Below are positions 37,452 to 46,091 of a stretch of DNA of 64,000 nt, piece after piece. The notes under the pieces were generated by a model, which made no database searches, was not told the DNA's origin, and saw only the letters and a list, made by a program, of their open reading frames with translations. The stretch comes from Candidatus Nomurabacteria bacterium. Its GTDB lineage: Bacteria; Patescibacteriota; Minisyncoccia; Phycocordibacterales; UBA918. Positions within the stretch are counted from its first letter, which is position 1, and each line of letters starts with the position of its first letter. The DNA lies in NCBI GenBank assembly GCA_020632155.1, contig JACKGE010000002.1:21293-85292 (forward strand), read 5' to 3'. A program made the position numbers and the translations under genes.

Positions 37452-37859
37452 TTATCGTTTGGACCATTGTGGGCGACGGCGTGCTTTACGAAGTCCAAAC
37501 TTCTTTCGTTCGACTGAACGTGGATCTCGTTTGAGGTAACCAGCTTTCTTAAGGACGCTACGGCGATCAGTTTTTTCTTTTACCAAAGCGCGAGCAATAC
37601 CAAGACGAATAGCTTCAGCTTGAGCAGAAAGACCACCACCGGAGACCTTAGCAGTTACACTGTAATGCTCAATGCCAGCGTCCTCAGTTTCAAGTACACT
37701 ACGCACATCTTTTTGCAGAGCTTCGTGCTCAAAGTAGGTAGCAAGTTCCTTGTCGTTAACTAGGACTGAAGTCTCCTTGGCAGGTACAATGCGAACGCGC
37801 GCCGTTGCAGTCTTGCGTCGTCCAATACCTTCTGTATATGTGTCTTTTTTGGTTGCCAT
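37452..37859 (-). CDS. rpsI: 30S ribosomal protein S9
   Basis: [12 protein letters not shown] ... [16 protein letters not shown]. Confidence 0.9.
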   Translation of the reverse strand: MATKKDTYTEGIGRRKTATARVRIVPAKETSVLVNDKELATYFEHEALQKDVRSVLETEDAGIEHYSVTAKVSGGGLSAQAEAIRLGIARALVKEKTDRRSVLKKAGYLKRDPRSVERKKFGLRKARRRPQWSKR

Positions 37860-37866
37860 ATAAATT

Positions 37867-38229
37867 TTACTCAGTTACTTCAAGATTATGCATCATTGGC
37901 TTCTGCAGCTTGTTCTTTGGTAGCATGCCTTTTACTGTACGCTTGATGACCTCCGCATACCCGCGACGCTTCGCAAGGTGTTCCAGGGTCTCTACTCGAC
38001 GGCCACCTGGGTAACCTGAATATGATTGATAGATATCAGTTTCTTTTCCTTCACGCACATCAAGCTTACTTGCGTTGACGATCTTTACGGTAACATCTGG
38101 ATTTTGATGACGTACAAAATCAGGGGTATTCTTACCCATCAAAAGTGAGGCTGCTTCTGTAGCTACGCGCCCTAGACGCTTTCCCGCAGCATCAATGGTA
38201 TATTCTGTTTTCTGGCTGTCTGTCGTCAT
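37867..38229 (-). CDS. rplM: 50S ribosomal protein L13
   Basis: L13-like sequence in the canonical rplM-rpsI arrangement. Confidence 0.85.
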   Translation of the reverse strand: MTTDSQKTEYTIDAAGKRLGRVATEAASLLMGKNTPDFVRHQNPDVTVKIVNASKLDVREGKETDIYQSYSGYPGGRRVETLEHLAKRRGYAEVIKRTVKGMLPKNKLQKPMMHNLEVTE

Positions 38230-38233
38230 AGAT

Positions 38234-38590
38234 TTAGGCTACAAATTCGATTATAGACTCGTCTCGTCCCGCTTCAGTGCGGCCGGCTTTTACGATGCGA
38301 GTGTATCCCCCACTACGCTCTTGGTACTGTGGAGCTATCTCTTCAAATAACTTTTTGAGTACCAAGGCTTTTGGCTCACCAAGGGCGGTAGCGGCTTGGC
38401 GCCTGGAAGCCAAAGTGTTCTTTTTACCGTACGTAACAAGACGCTCAGCAAGGGGCCGCAACTCCTTAGCTTTGGCGGTAGTCGTCTTGATCTTACCTTT
38501 TGTGATGAGAGCGATAGCAAGCCCACGCAAAAGCGCAGTACGTCCTCGACGTGTGCGTCCCAAAGTTCGTGTTTTGTCAGCGTGTCTCAT
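38234..38590 (-). CDS. rplQ: 50S ribosomal protein L17
   Basis: MRH...KAKELRPLAERLVT...GGYTRI L17 pattern; follows rpoA. Confidence 0.9.
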   Translation of the reverse strand: MRHADKTRTLGRTRRGRTALLRGLAIALITKGKIKTTTAKAKELRPLAERLVTYGKKNTLASRRQAATALGEPKALVLKKLFEEIAPQYQERSGGYTRIVKAGRTEAGRDESIIEFVA

Positions 38591-38597
38591 ATCTCAA

Positions 38598-39560
38598 TTA
38601 TTCAGCTAGATTAACACCAAGGTTAGCTAGCAGATCAGTGATCTCATCAAGACCTTTTGGTCCGATGCCGTCGAGCGCAAGAATATCATCTTTTTTCTTT
38701 CGCACAAGGCCTCCAATGGTGCGGATGCTTGCTTCCTCCAGAGCAGCTAGGGTACGGGCAGAAAGATCAAGAGTCTCAATGCGGGTCTTTAGCACGTCAG
38801 GGTCAACAGCTTCTGTTTTTTCTGTCGCTGCGACTTCAACTTCAGATTCAGCTGGCTGCGTCTCTGGCTCCTTAAAACCTATCACTGCCTTAAGTTGGTG
38901 GATCATAATCTCGATAGCATCCTCGACCGCCTCACGGGGAGTCATGGTGCCGTCTGTCTCAACAAAAAGTCGGAGGCGGTTATAGTCGGTACGATCACCA
39001 ACGCGCATGTTTTCAACCTCGTAGTTAGCGCGGCGGATAGGAGTGAATACCGCATCTAGTGCAATGCTACCAATGTCTACCTTTTCCTTCTGGTGTACTT
39101 CACGTGGTACGTACCCAAGACCACGCTCTACATGCATCTCAATCTCAAGGGCTGTTCCCTTGGCAGTGATTTCAGCGATGCGCTGTTCAGGATTCAAAAT
39201 ATCAACTTGTGATGGAGCCTCAATATCACCAGCGGTAATGACACCAGCACCATTTTTCTTAAGCGTGATGGTCATTGGTTCGTCACCATGTAAGGCCAAG
39301 CGAATACGCTTGATGTTTAGGAGGATGGTAATCACGTCCTCTTTAACACCATCAAGAGCCTCAAACTCGTGTTTAACACCGTTTATCTTTACGTGTGTAA
39401 TGGCAGCACCCGGAAGTGAGGAGAGAATGATGCGGCGGAGTGAATTACCTAAGGTGTGTCCATAACCTGGAAACAGACCATCTATCTCGTAAATACCACG
39501 AAATTCCTCTTCTTTGACGACTCGTGGCTTGCTTGGTAGGGCTACGTTTGTTTCTAACAT
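38598..39560 (-). CDS. rpoA: DNA-directed RNA polymerase alpha subunit
   Basis: Alpha N-terminal domain (GYGHTLGNSLRRILLSS) plus C-terminal domain. Confidence 0.9.
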   Translation of the reverse strand: MLETNVALPSKPRVVKEEEFRGIYEIDGLFPGYGHTLGNSLRRIILSSLPGAAITHVKINGVKHEFEALDGVKEDVITILLNIKRIRLALHGDEPMTITLKKNGAGVITAGDIEAPSQVDILNPEQRIAEITAKGTALEIEMHVERGLGYVPREVHQKEKVDIGSIALDAVFTPIRRANYEVENMRVGDRTDYNRLRLFVETDGTMTPREAVEDAIEIMIHQLKAVIGFKEPETQPAESEVEVAATEKTEAVDPDVLKTRIETLDLSARTLAALEEASIRTIGGLVRKKKDDILALDGIGPKGLDEITDLLANLGVNLAE

Positions 39561-39594
39561 ACTTGGTGCTTAGTTCTATTAAGGTCGTTAACTA

Positions 39595-40209
39595 CTATCG
39601 ACTGTAGTATTCCAGTACTTGCTCAGGGTCAAACAGTGTTTCAGACGGTTCGTAGGAAGGCGTACCAGTCACTGAACCGGACATTTTCTTGATATCAAAA
39701 GTGAGCCAGCCCGGAACACCGGCGGCTTCATAACTTTCAGCCAAATTGCTAAAGAGGAGGCTAGACTTACTACCTTCGCGCACAGATATAACATCACCTT
39801 TGCGTACTTGGTGTGATGGAATAGTAAACTTTTTACCATTTACCGTAACGTGGCCATGAGATACCATCTGACGGGCCATTTGTCGTGTTTTTGCAAGGCC
39901 TAATCGATAGACTGTGTTATCAAGACGCATTTCAAGAAGCTTGATGAGATGAGAGATCGGCTGATCGCTCTTTTCGGTAGACAGATCAATGTATTTTCGT
40001 AGCTGCTTTTCAGAAATGCCATACGTAAATCGCATCTTTTGCTTTTCAATGAGCTGGCGTTTGAAGTCGCTCATTGCACCCGGACGACGGTTGGTGCGAC
40101 GACCGCCACGCGCCTCAGAAAGTGCAAACTTTTGTGTTTGTGTCTTTTCGAAGATTGGGGCTCCCAGTCGTTTAGCGATTTTGAATTTTGGACCTATTTT
40201 CATACGCAA
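39595..40209 (-). CDS. rpsD: 30S ribosomal protein S4
   Basis: S4 N-terminus (GPKFKIAKRLG), S4 RNA-binding domain. Confidence 0.9.
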   Translation of the reverse strand: MRMKIGPKFKIAKRLGAPIFEKTQTQKFALSEARGGRRTNRRPGAMSDFKRQLIEKQKMRFTYGISEKQLRKYIDLSTEKSDQPISHLIKLLEMRLDNTVYRLGLAKTRQMARQMVSHGHVTVNGKKFTIPSHQVRKGDVISVREGSKSSLLFSNLAESYEAAGVPGWLTFDIKKMSGSVTGTPSYEPSETLFDPEQVLEYYSR

Positions 40210-40217
40210 ATAATTGA

Positions 40218-40649
40218 TTACACACGACGTGCCTTAGGTGGACGCGGACCATTATGTGGTACCGGAGTCATGTCTGATATTCTAGTCACAGCAATACCCT
40301 TTCCAGCAAATGCACGAAGTGCAGACTCCCGTCCAGCGCCTACACCACGAATGACAACCTCAGCGTCTTTCATTCCCATTTGCTGAGCTTTTTCGCCGAT
40401 GATCTCGCCTACCTTTGCGGCTGCAAACGGAGTGCTTTTGCGTGAACCCTTAAAGCCAAGAGCGCCGCTAGAGGCAGCGATCAGGCTATTACCTTTGGTG
40501 TCGCACAGCGTGACGATAGTGTTATTGAAAGTCGCCAAGATGTTGAGTTTACCACTTGCTACTTTCTTTTTCGGGATACGATTAAGAGCTCTGGATGTAC
40601 CAGCTACGTCTGAACCGCCTCCCTTTTTGATGATTCGTTTCTTACCCAT
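40218..40649 (-). CDS. rpsK: 30S ribosomal protein S11
   Basis: Canonical S11 core (GFKGSRKSTPFAAA...). Confidence 0.9.
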   Translation of the reverse strand: MGKKRIIKKGGGSDVAGTSRALNRIPKKKVASGKLNILATFNNTIVTLCDTKGNSLIAASSGALGFKGSRKSTPFAAAKVGEIIGEKAQQMGMKDAEVVIRGVGAGRESALRAFAGKGIAVTRISDMTPVPHNGPRPPKARRV

Positions 40650-40684
40650 AGATCAATACGAATAAATAATAACTGTGCAAACTT

Positions 40685-41074
40685 TTAAGTCTTCTCAAGC
40701 TTACGACGACCGCTACCCATAGTCTTTTTAGCTCCCTTGAGGGTGCGAGCGTTGGTCTTGGTGCGCTGGCCACGCAGTGGTAAACGTTTAGCATGACGAC
40801 TGCCGCGATAGCTTTGAATGTCTTTGAGTCGCTTGATATCACTCGCGATCGAGCGCTTTAGCTCTCCCTCGATAGTGAACGCTTCAACCTTTTCGCGCAC
40901 AGCGTTTTCCTGATCGGTCGAAAGGTCTTCTGGCTTGCTGTCAGCAGCGATCTTGAGTTCAGACAACAGTGCCTTAGAGCGAGAAAGGCCAATACCATAT
41001 ACAGCCGTAAGACCGTACGCAAGTTGCTTGTTGTCTGGAATGTTGATACCTGAGATTCTCATATGGTGATACAA
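40685..41074 (-). CDS. rpsM: 30S ribosomal protein S13
   Basis: MRISGINIPDNKQLAYGLTAVYGIG. The start is probably at 41062. Confidence 0.9.
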   Translation of the reverse strand: MYHHMRISGINIPDNKQLAYGLTAVYGIGLSRSKALLSELKIAADSKPEDLSTDQENAVREKVEAFTIEGELKRSIASDIKRLKDIQSYRGSRHAKRLPLRGQRTKTNARTLKGAKKTMGSGRRKLEKT

Positions 41075-41077
41075 AAC

Positions 41078-41194
41078 TTATCCTTGTCGCTGCTTATGAC
41101 GAGGTTTTTTCTTGTTGATAACATACACCTTGCCTCGTCGGCGAACGATAATGTCATCAGCGCTGCGCTTTTTGATCGATGATCGGACTTTCAT
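41078..41194 (-). CDS. rpmJ: 50S ribosomal protein L36 (38 aa); below the length cutoff of the ORF track
   Basis: Manual translation gives [38 protein letters not shown]; canonical L36 between infA and rpsM. Confidence 0.85.
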   Translation of the reverse strand: MKVRSSIKKRSADDIIVRRRGKVYVINKKKPRHKQRQG

Positions 41195-41211
41195 AGCTTA
41201 GGTTCAAGGTT

Positions 41212-41270
41212 TTAGGTTTCAGGTTTTAGGACGTTGCAAAAAGCTCCGATACCTAAAACCTACAACCTAA
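41212..41270. promoter_or_regulatory. Imperfect 19-bp stem-loop (ttaggtttcaggttttagg ... cctaaaacctacaacctaa) in the infA-rpmJ intercistronic region
   Basis: 17 of 19 positions complementary; 21-nt loop; built from repeated GGTTTTAGG units. Confidence 0.5.
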
Positions 41271-41280
41271 TTACCCACTT

Positions 41281-41496
41281 TTATAAACGTTTGGTGATGC
41301 GACCTTTACCTCCGTAAGGGTCTGGAACAATAGCAACCTTATCACCAACCAAAACTCGAATACGAAACTTCCGCATCTTGCCCGCTAAATAGGCAAGCGT
41401 CATTTCGTTGGTGTCGTCAAGCACTACTTTAAAGAGCGCATTAGGCAGCGCCTCCTCCACTGTTCCGTAGACGAGGTTTTCTTTTTGTTCTGTCAT
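41281..41496 (-). CDS. infA: Translation initiation factor IF-1
   Basis: [28 protein letters not shown]...GKMRK S1-like IF-1. Start trimmed to the internal Met relative to the track ORF 41281-41517. Confidence 0.85.
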   Translation of the reverse strand: MTEQKENLVYGTVEEALPNALFKVVLDDTNEMTLAYLAGKMRKFRIRVLVGDKVAIVPDPYGGKGRITKRL

Positions 41497-41559
41497 CAAA
41501 CGCGCAGAGTGTAACAAAGACTTACAAAAGCGTCAAGTCTTTAAAGACTAATAAATCAC

Positions 41560-42882
41560 CTATTCCCCTAGACTTTCCACAATTTTTATCTGGTCGAGGC
41601 TATCCGGATAAGACCGTTTCCAAAACGGCTTAATTTTTGCTTCCGCCCGCTCAATTGCAGGATACCCGCTTAAAATGGTGGTCAAAGCTGTTTTTGGAGC
41701 GCCCATAAGGTCAGTTTTGAGCTTCCCTTCGTCATAGGTCCACACAATTTGTGGCTTTCCTACAAGTTTAAAGTCAAACTGATCAACATTACCAAGGTCA
41801 GTTGTGCTACTGGTAGCGCTCGCGTAGGCAAAGGTAATAGCCCCAAGGTCTTGTATTCGCACTGGCTTTTGCTCGTACCCTGGTATAGTCGCCGCTGCGA
41901 TATAGGCAGCAAACTCATCTTCGCCAAAGATAGGTATCTGGAGCAAGGCTTTTTCTTTGATTGTCACTAGATTGTCCCCGTACTCAACTGCTGGCAGAGA
42001 CTCAAACGTAAAGGTGGTAGCATCAGGAAAGACCACAAATCCAGCTGGTTTTTCACCATCAACGCGCGACAAGAGAGCGTCTCGTAGCTCATTGTGCAGT
42101 GCCTGTTTGGCGGTTTCGAGCTCAGCGTCATCAATAATGAATTTTGGACCATTAAAGCCGCCTGTGAATGGTACAGTATTTTTGGCGTACAACTTCTCAT
42201 ACAACTCGGTAAAGCCGTTTTCTTTATACCCCGGTATGGTGAATGTAGTTGGTGCAAGATTGTATTCCTCACCCGGTTCGTCGGCAAATACCTCAGCCCG
42301 AATAGTACCGGCGATAAGTTCTCCCTCGGCATTTTTGTGGGCGCCTGGCACTACAACTGACTCGGTTATTCGAAATACTTTTCCGTCAGAAGACGCGAAG
42401 CGGGTATTTTTGATCAGTCGTTCAGTGTTTGCAGTTTCGTTATATATTTCTATTTCACCAGTGGCTTGCTCAGTCACTTCTTCTTCGCCAGTAGCGCTCA
42501 CTTGCCGCTCACCATCGGCTTCCAAGACCATCAGCTCATACGAAAGTTCGCCAACTTGCGGCGTGCGGTACGCAGTAAATGTAGCATTGAGATTAGGTTC
42601 GCGGTGCTTTGGGTACACGGTCACTTCAGCGCCGCGTAGTAGGAAACTCGCTCCAAACACTGCTACTACAAACAACAACACTGCCACAATGATCGTCCAA
42701 AAACTACGGCGTTTTTTTTCAGTGCCGTTTTCAATGGTCAATCGAACAGTGCCATCATCATCTTCTGTTACGGGACGTTTTTCAGGTGCCGATTCTACGT
42801 TCATTTCTCGCTGACTGGGTCTTGAACGCTTTCGTCCACCACCGGCAGGTCGAATGTCTTGCAGGTTCCATTTCTTTTCCAT
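41560..42882 (-). CDS. Hypothetical bitopic membrane protein: cytoplasmic basic N-terminus, one TM helix, large extracytoplasmic domain
   Basis: Single TM helix (WTIIVAVLLFVVAVFGASFLL) around residues 80-100; no recognisable motif. Confidence 0.4.
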   Translation of the reverse strand: MEKKWNLQDIRPAGGGRKRSRPSQREMNVESAPEKRPVTEDDDGTVRLTIENGTEKKRRSFWTIIVAVLLFVVAVFGASFLLRGAEVTVYPKHREPNLNATFTAYRTPQVGELSYELMVLEADGERQVSATGEEEVTEQATGEIEIYNETANTERLIKNTRFASSDGKVFRITESVVVPGAHKNAEGELIAGTIRAEVFADEPGEEYNLAPTTFTIPGYKENGFTELYEKLYAKNTVPFTGGFNGPKFIIDDAELETAKQALHNELRDALLSRVDGEKPAGFVVFPDATTFTFESLPAVEYGDNLVTIKEKALLQIPIFGEDEFAAYIAAATIPGYEQKPVRIQDLGAITFAYASATSSTTDLGNVDQFDFKLVGKPQIVWTYDEGKLKTDLMGAPKTALTTILSGYPAIERAEAKIKPFWKRSYPDSLDQIKIVESLGE

Positions 42883-42913
42883 AAAGTATGTCTATAAAGT
42901 ATACCGCTCAGTT

Positions 42914-44107
42914 TCATTCTAAACGAGCAGAAATGAGATTCTTGTGGAAAACATAGGCCGAAAGCAGGATTGCGGTGTCATTTGGACTATCTGTCGAAAA
43001 GAATTTTGAGGTCACAAAGTGGACCGTATGCTGTGATGAAGTGGCTTTTGTGGCCGCTTCTTTAAGAATCGTGGCAAAAAAGTTCTCAGTCAAAGCGTCT
43101 GTATGAAGGAAGATTGTTTTAGGAATCGCCAGTGTATCGCCGGTTTGTTTCATCAAAGCCTCCACTTTGCTTGCATAACTAGCAAGAATACTTTGCAGCT
43201 CTTCCGCTTTAGCAGCACTTAATGTTTTTGTAAGATCAGTACCGTTACTGCGCATATACCCCCACGCTTCATTATTGGAGACTTTGGTGAGTTCAGATAT
43301 TTCGCGAGCAATAGAATTGGCGCCAAAAGCGATATGGCTGGTGTGCATAAGAACACCCCCACGCACAATACCGATCTCAGTGGCTTCATTAGTAATGTCA
43401 ATTAAGCATATCTCTGAGGTGTCGGGTTTAAGGGCATCCATGCCTTTGTAAAAGCTGTACATAAAAGTACTCATAGACAACGTGGCGGTTGGCACCACTT
43501 TCTCTTGATTTTCCTTAAGACTTTCTATTAGTTGTTTATTGGCCACACCCTTTATTTGTGATAGAGAAAGCTTCCGCACTTCTTTATCGATTGGGTCAGA
43601 AATAACATAACCGTTAGCGGTCACGTTTGATATTTCTTCGACAATGGTCTCAAGTTCAAATAATTCAGTAATGTCAGTCTCAGCAAGTTCTGTTTTTGCT
43701 TTTTCCTTGGCTTTACTAAGGAGTTCAGTCAAAAGCTCTTTGCTTACCACAAAAGGATTTTCCTCGCTCACGGCCACCGTGCTGTTGATAGTGTACGCCC
43801 ACGGAGCACTGATCGAACAAAACATAGTGGTGAGCTTTGCTTGAGGATCATGGTCGCGAAGCGCTGCAAGACCCTTGCTGCCAAGCTCAAGAAATACGTT
43901 TAAAAGGGCTGTGTTAATAAGCTTTATACTGTTCTTTTGATCAAAAAAACTCCCAGAAGTGATGCGCTCACGGTGAGACCAAAGAATCGTCGGCAGTTCC
44001 ACAAGTGGGTCTGACGCAACAACAGCCACTCCGACGCTGCCGGAGCCGATATCTATTACCACCCCGTAGCGAGTATCAGGATTAGTCCGTAAAAACGAAA
44101 AGAGCAT
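42914..44107 (-). CDS. Actin-like ATPase superfamily protein (PilM/FtsA/Ppx-GppA-like)
   Basis: N-terminal phosphate-1 motif VVIDIGSGSVGVAVV and a later DIT/GG-like region; length about 400 aa. Confidence 0.4.
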   Translation of the reverse strand: MLFSFLRTNPDTRYGVVIDIGSGSVGVAVVASDPLVELPTILWSHRERITSGSFFDQKNSIKLINTALLNVFLELGSKGLAALRDHDPQAKLTTMFCSISAPWAYTINSTVAVSEENPFVVSKELLTELLSKAKEKAKTELAETDITELFELETIVEEISNVTANGYVISDPIDKEVRKLSLSQIKGVANKQLIESLKENQEKVVPTATLSMSTFMYSFYKGMDALKPDTSEICLIDITNEATEIGIVRGGVLMHTSHIAFGANSIAREISELTKVSNNEAWGYMRSNGTDLTKTLSAAKAEELQSILASYASKVEALMKQTGDTLAIPKTIFLHTDALTENFFATILKEAATKATSSQHTVHFVTSKFFSTDSPNDTAILLSAYVFHKNLISARLE

Positions 44108-44164
44108 GTACGAACATTATAACGTGCACATACTCTCTTGGCTCAAATAGCGTGGATATGTCGG

Positions 44165-46033
44165 CTATTCAAGCACTGCTTTAATGCGGCGTACACCAGC
44201 AGATGATGCTTCTTCTTTGGTGATGCGGTACGTGCCGGTGATGTTTTCAAGCTTTTCTACATGCGGACCACCACACAGCTCCCTTGAAAAGACTGTGCCG
44301 TCATTTCCGGTCATGGTGTATACCTTCACTTCATCAGGGTAGCGATCCCAGAAACTAGCTTCGATAGTTTTGTCCGATTGGGCAACATCTTTTGGCATCA
44401 TTTCAATAGTGACTTCCCCACCAGTTTTTATGGCACTGTTAACAAATTCCTCAACTTTGTCGAGCACGTCACGCTCAACTTTGCTGTCGTGCGTAAAATC
44501 AAATCGCAGGCGCTCACCAGTGATGTTACTACCAGCTTGGTGAACATGCTCACCAAGGTATTTTCGCAGACCAGCCAACGTAAGGTGGGTGGCAGTGTGG
44601 TACTGAACGACTTTATCGGAATGGTCAGCAAGGCCGCCTTTAAACTTTTGCTCTGCTCCCGCTCTAGACTCAGCGCGGTGTGCTTCCATTTCTGTGTCAA
44701 ACTCCTCTCGATCAATTGACAAACTTTTTTCTGCAGCCAGTTCCTCTGTAAGCTCGTATGGGAAGCCATAGGTGGTGAAGAGGACAAAGGCATCATGGCC
44801 ACTAATGGTTTCAGTGTTCGCTACCTTTTCAAACTCGCGCATGCCTTTTTCTAGCGTCTTACGAAACTGTTCTTCTTCTTTGGCTATAGCATCGATAATC
44901 TCAGTTTGCTTTTCAGATAAATTCACATAGTGAGTTTGGTAGGTCCCGATTACGCTAGTGGCCAAGTTCTTGAGTTCACCAGCTGGAATGCCGAGCACAT
45001 CAGCAAAACGTACAGATCGACGTAGTAAACGCCGTACAAAGTAACCTTGCTCGGTGTTGCTTGGATGTACGCCGTCGCCGATCATGAACACGGCTCCGCG
45101 TATATGGTCGGTTATAACGCGAAATGCCTCCAGATTATCCGCGTACTTTTTTCCAGACAAGTCCTCAATCTGTGACACCACGTTCCATAAAAGGTCTATT
45201 TTAAATACGTCACCGTCGTTATTAGTGGCGGCCGCAATGCGTTCTAGACCACCACCAAAGTCTACATTCTGAGCCGGTAGTCGCTCAAATCCTTGTTCGG
45301 TCTTTAAGTACTCCATAAAAACGGAGTTACCAATTTCTAGAAAGCGCCCGCAATCACAGTTGGGGTGGCAGTGTTCTCCCCACTTTGAATCGTGCTCAGT
45401 ACCAAAGTCGTAAAAGACTTCCGAATCAGGCCCACCAATTTCACCGATGGGCATTTTTTCCGGTTTTCCGGCTCGGCTCCACCAGTTCTTGCTGGCATCG
45501 TAGTAAAAGATGCGCTCTCCTTCTTTCATTCCACGTTCGTAGCCTTCAGCTTCGCTACCCATTTCACCGACTTCATGTGAGAGACCGCGAGCCTTGAATA
45601 GTTCTTGCCAGATAACTACAGATTCCGTGTCGCGCGGCACGTTGTTGGCCTCGTCTCCCTGAAAAACTGTTACGTAGATGCGCTTTGGGTCAAGTCCTAC
45701 TTCGTCTACTAAGAATGAATAAAACCAAGGCAACTGCTCTTTCTTGAAATAATCACCCAAAGACCAATTACCAAGCATTTCAAAAAAGGTGGTATGCCGG
45801 TTGTCCCCTACTTCTTCTATATCCTCTGCTCGAAAACACTTTTGTGAGTCGGCAAGACGAACGCCTTTTGGGTGTTTTTCGCCCATTAAGTATGGCACCA
45901 ATGGTTGCATACCACTGCCGGTAAACAGTGTGGTTGGGTCGTTCTCCGGCACTAGGGCAGAACTCGGAATCACCGCATGGCCATTTTTGGCCATAAAATC
46001 AAGATATTTTTGTCGAATTTCGTTTCCGGACAT
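44165..46033 (-). CDS. alaS: Alanyl-tRNA synthetase, short form with catalytic and editing domains but no C-Ala domain
   Basis: AlaRS N-terminus (FTGSGMQP, ...W.LGDYFK). Editing HxxxH (HTATHL) and CxxxH (CGGPHV) motifs near the C-terminus. 622 aa versus the typical ~870. Confidence 0.9.
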   Translation of the reverse strand: MSGNEIRQKYLDFMAKNGHAVIPSSALVPENDPTTLFTGSGMQPLVPYLMGEKHPKGVRLADSQKCFRAEDIEEVGDNRHTTFFEMLGNWSLGDYFKKEQLPWFYSFLVDEVGLDPKRIYVTVFQGDEANNVPRDTESVVIWQELFKARGLSHEVGEMGSEAEGYERGMKEGERIFYYDASKNWWSRAGKPEKMPIGEIGGPDSEVFYDFGTEHDSKWGEHCHPNCDCGRFLEIGNSVFMEYLKTEQGFERLPAQNVDFGGGLERIAAATNNDGDVFKIDLLWNVVSQIEDLSGKKYADNLEAFRVITDHIRGAVFMIGDGVHPSNTEQGYFVRRLLRRSVRFADVLGIPAGELKNLATSVIGTYQTHYVNLSEKQTEIIDAIAKEEEQFRKTLEKGMREFEKVANTETISGHDAFVLFTTYGFPYELTEELAAEKSLSIDREEFDTEMEAHRAESRAGAEQKFKGGLADHSDKVVQYHTATHLTLAGLRKYLGEHVHQAGSNITGERLRFDFTHDSKVERDVLDKVEEFVNSAIKTGGEVTIEMMPKDVAQSDKTIEASFWDRYPDEVKVYTMTGNDGTVFSRELCGGPHVEKLENITGTYRITKEEASSAGVRRIKAVLE

Positions 46034-46091
46034 GACAAAGATTACAATTAAGTGCTACAAATATAACAGATTTTCTTTGTTTTGCGAGAAA

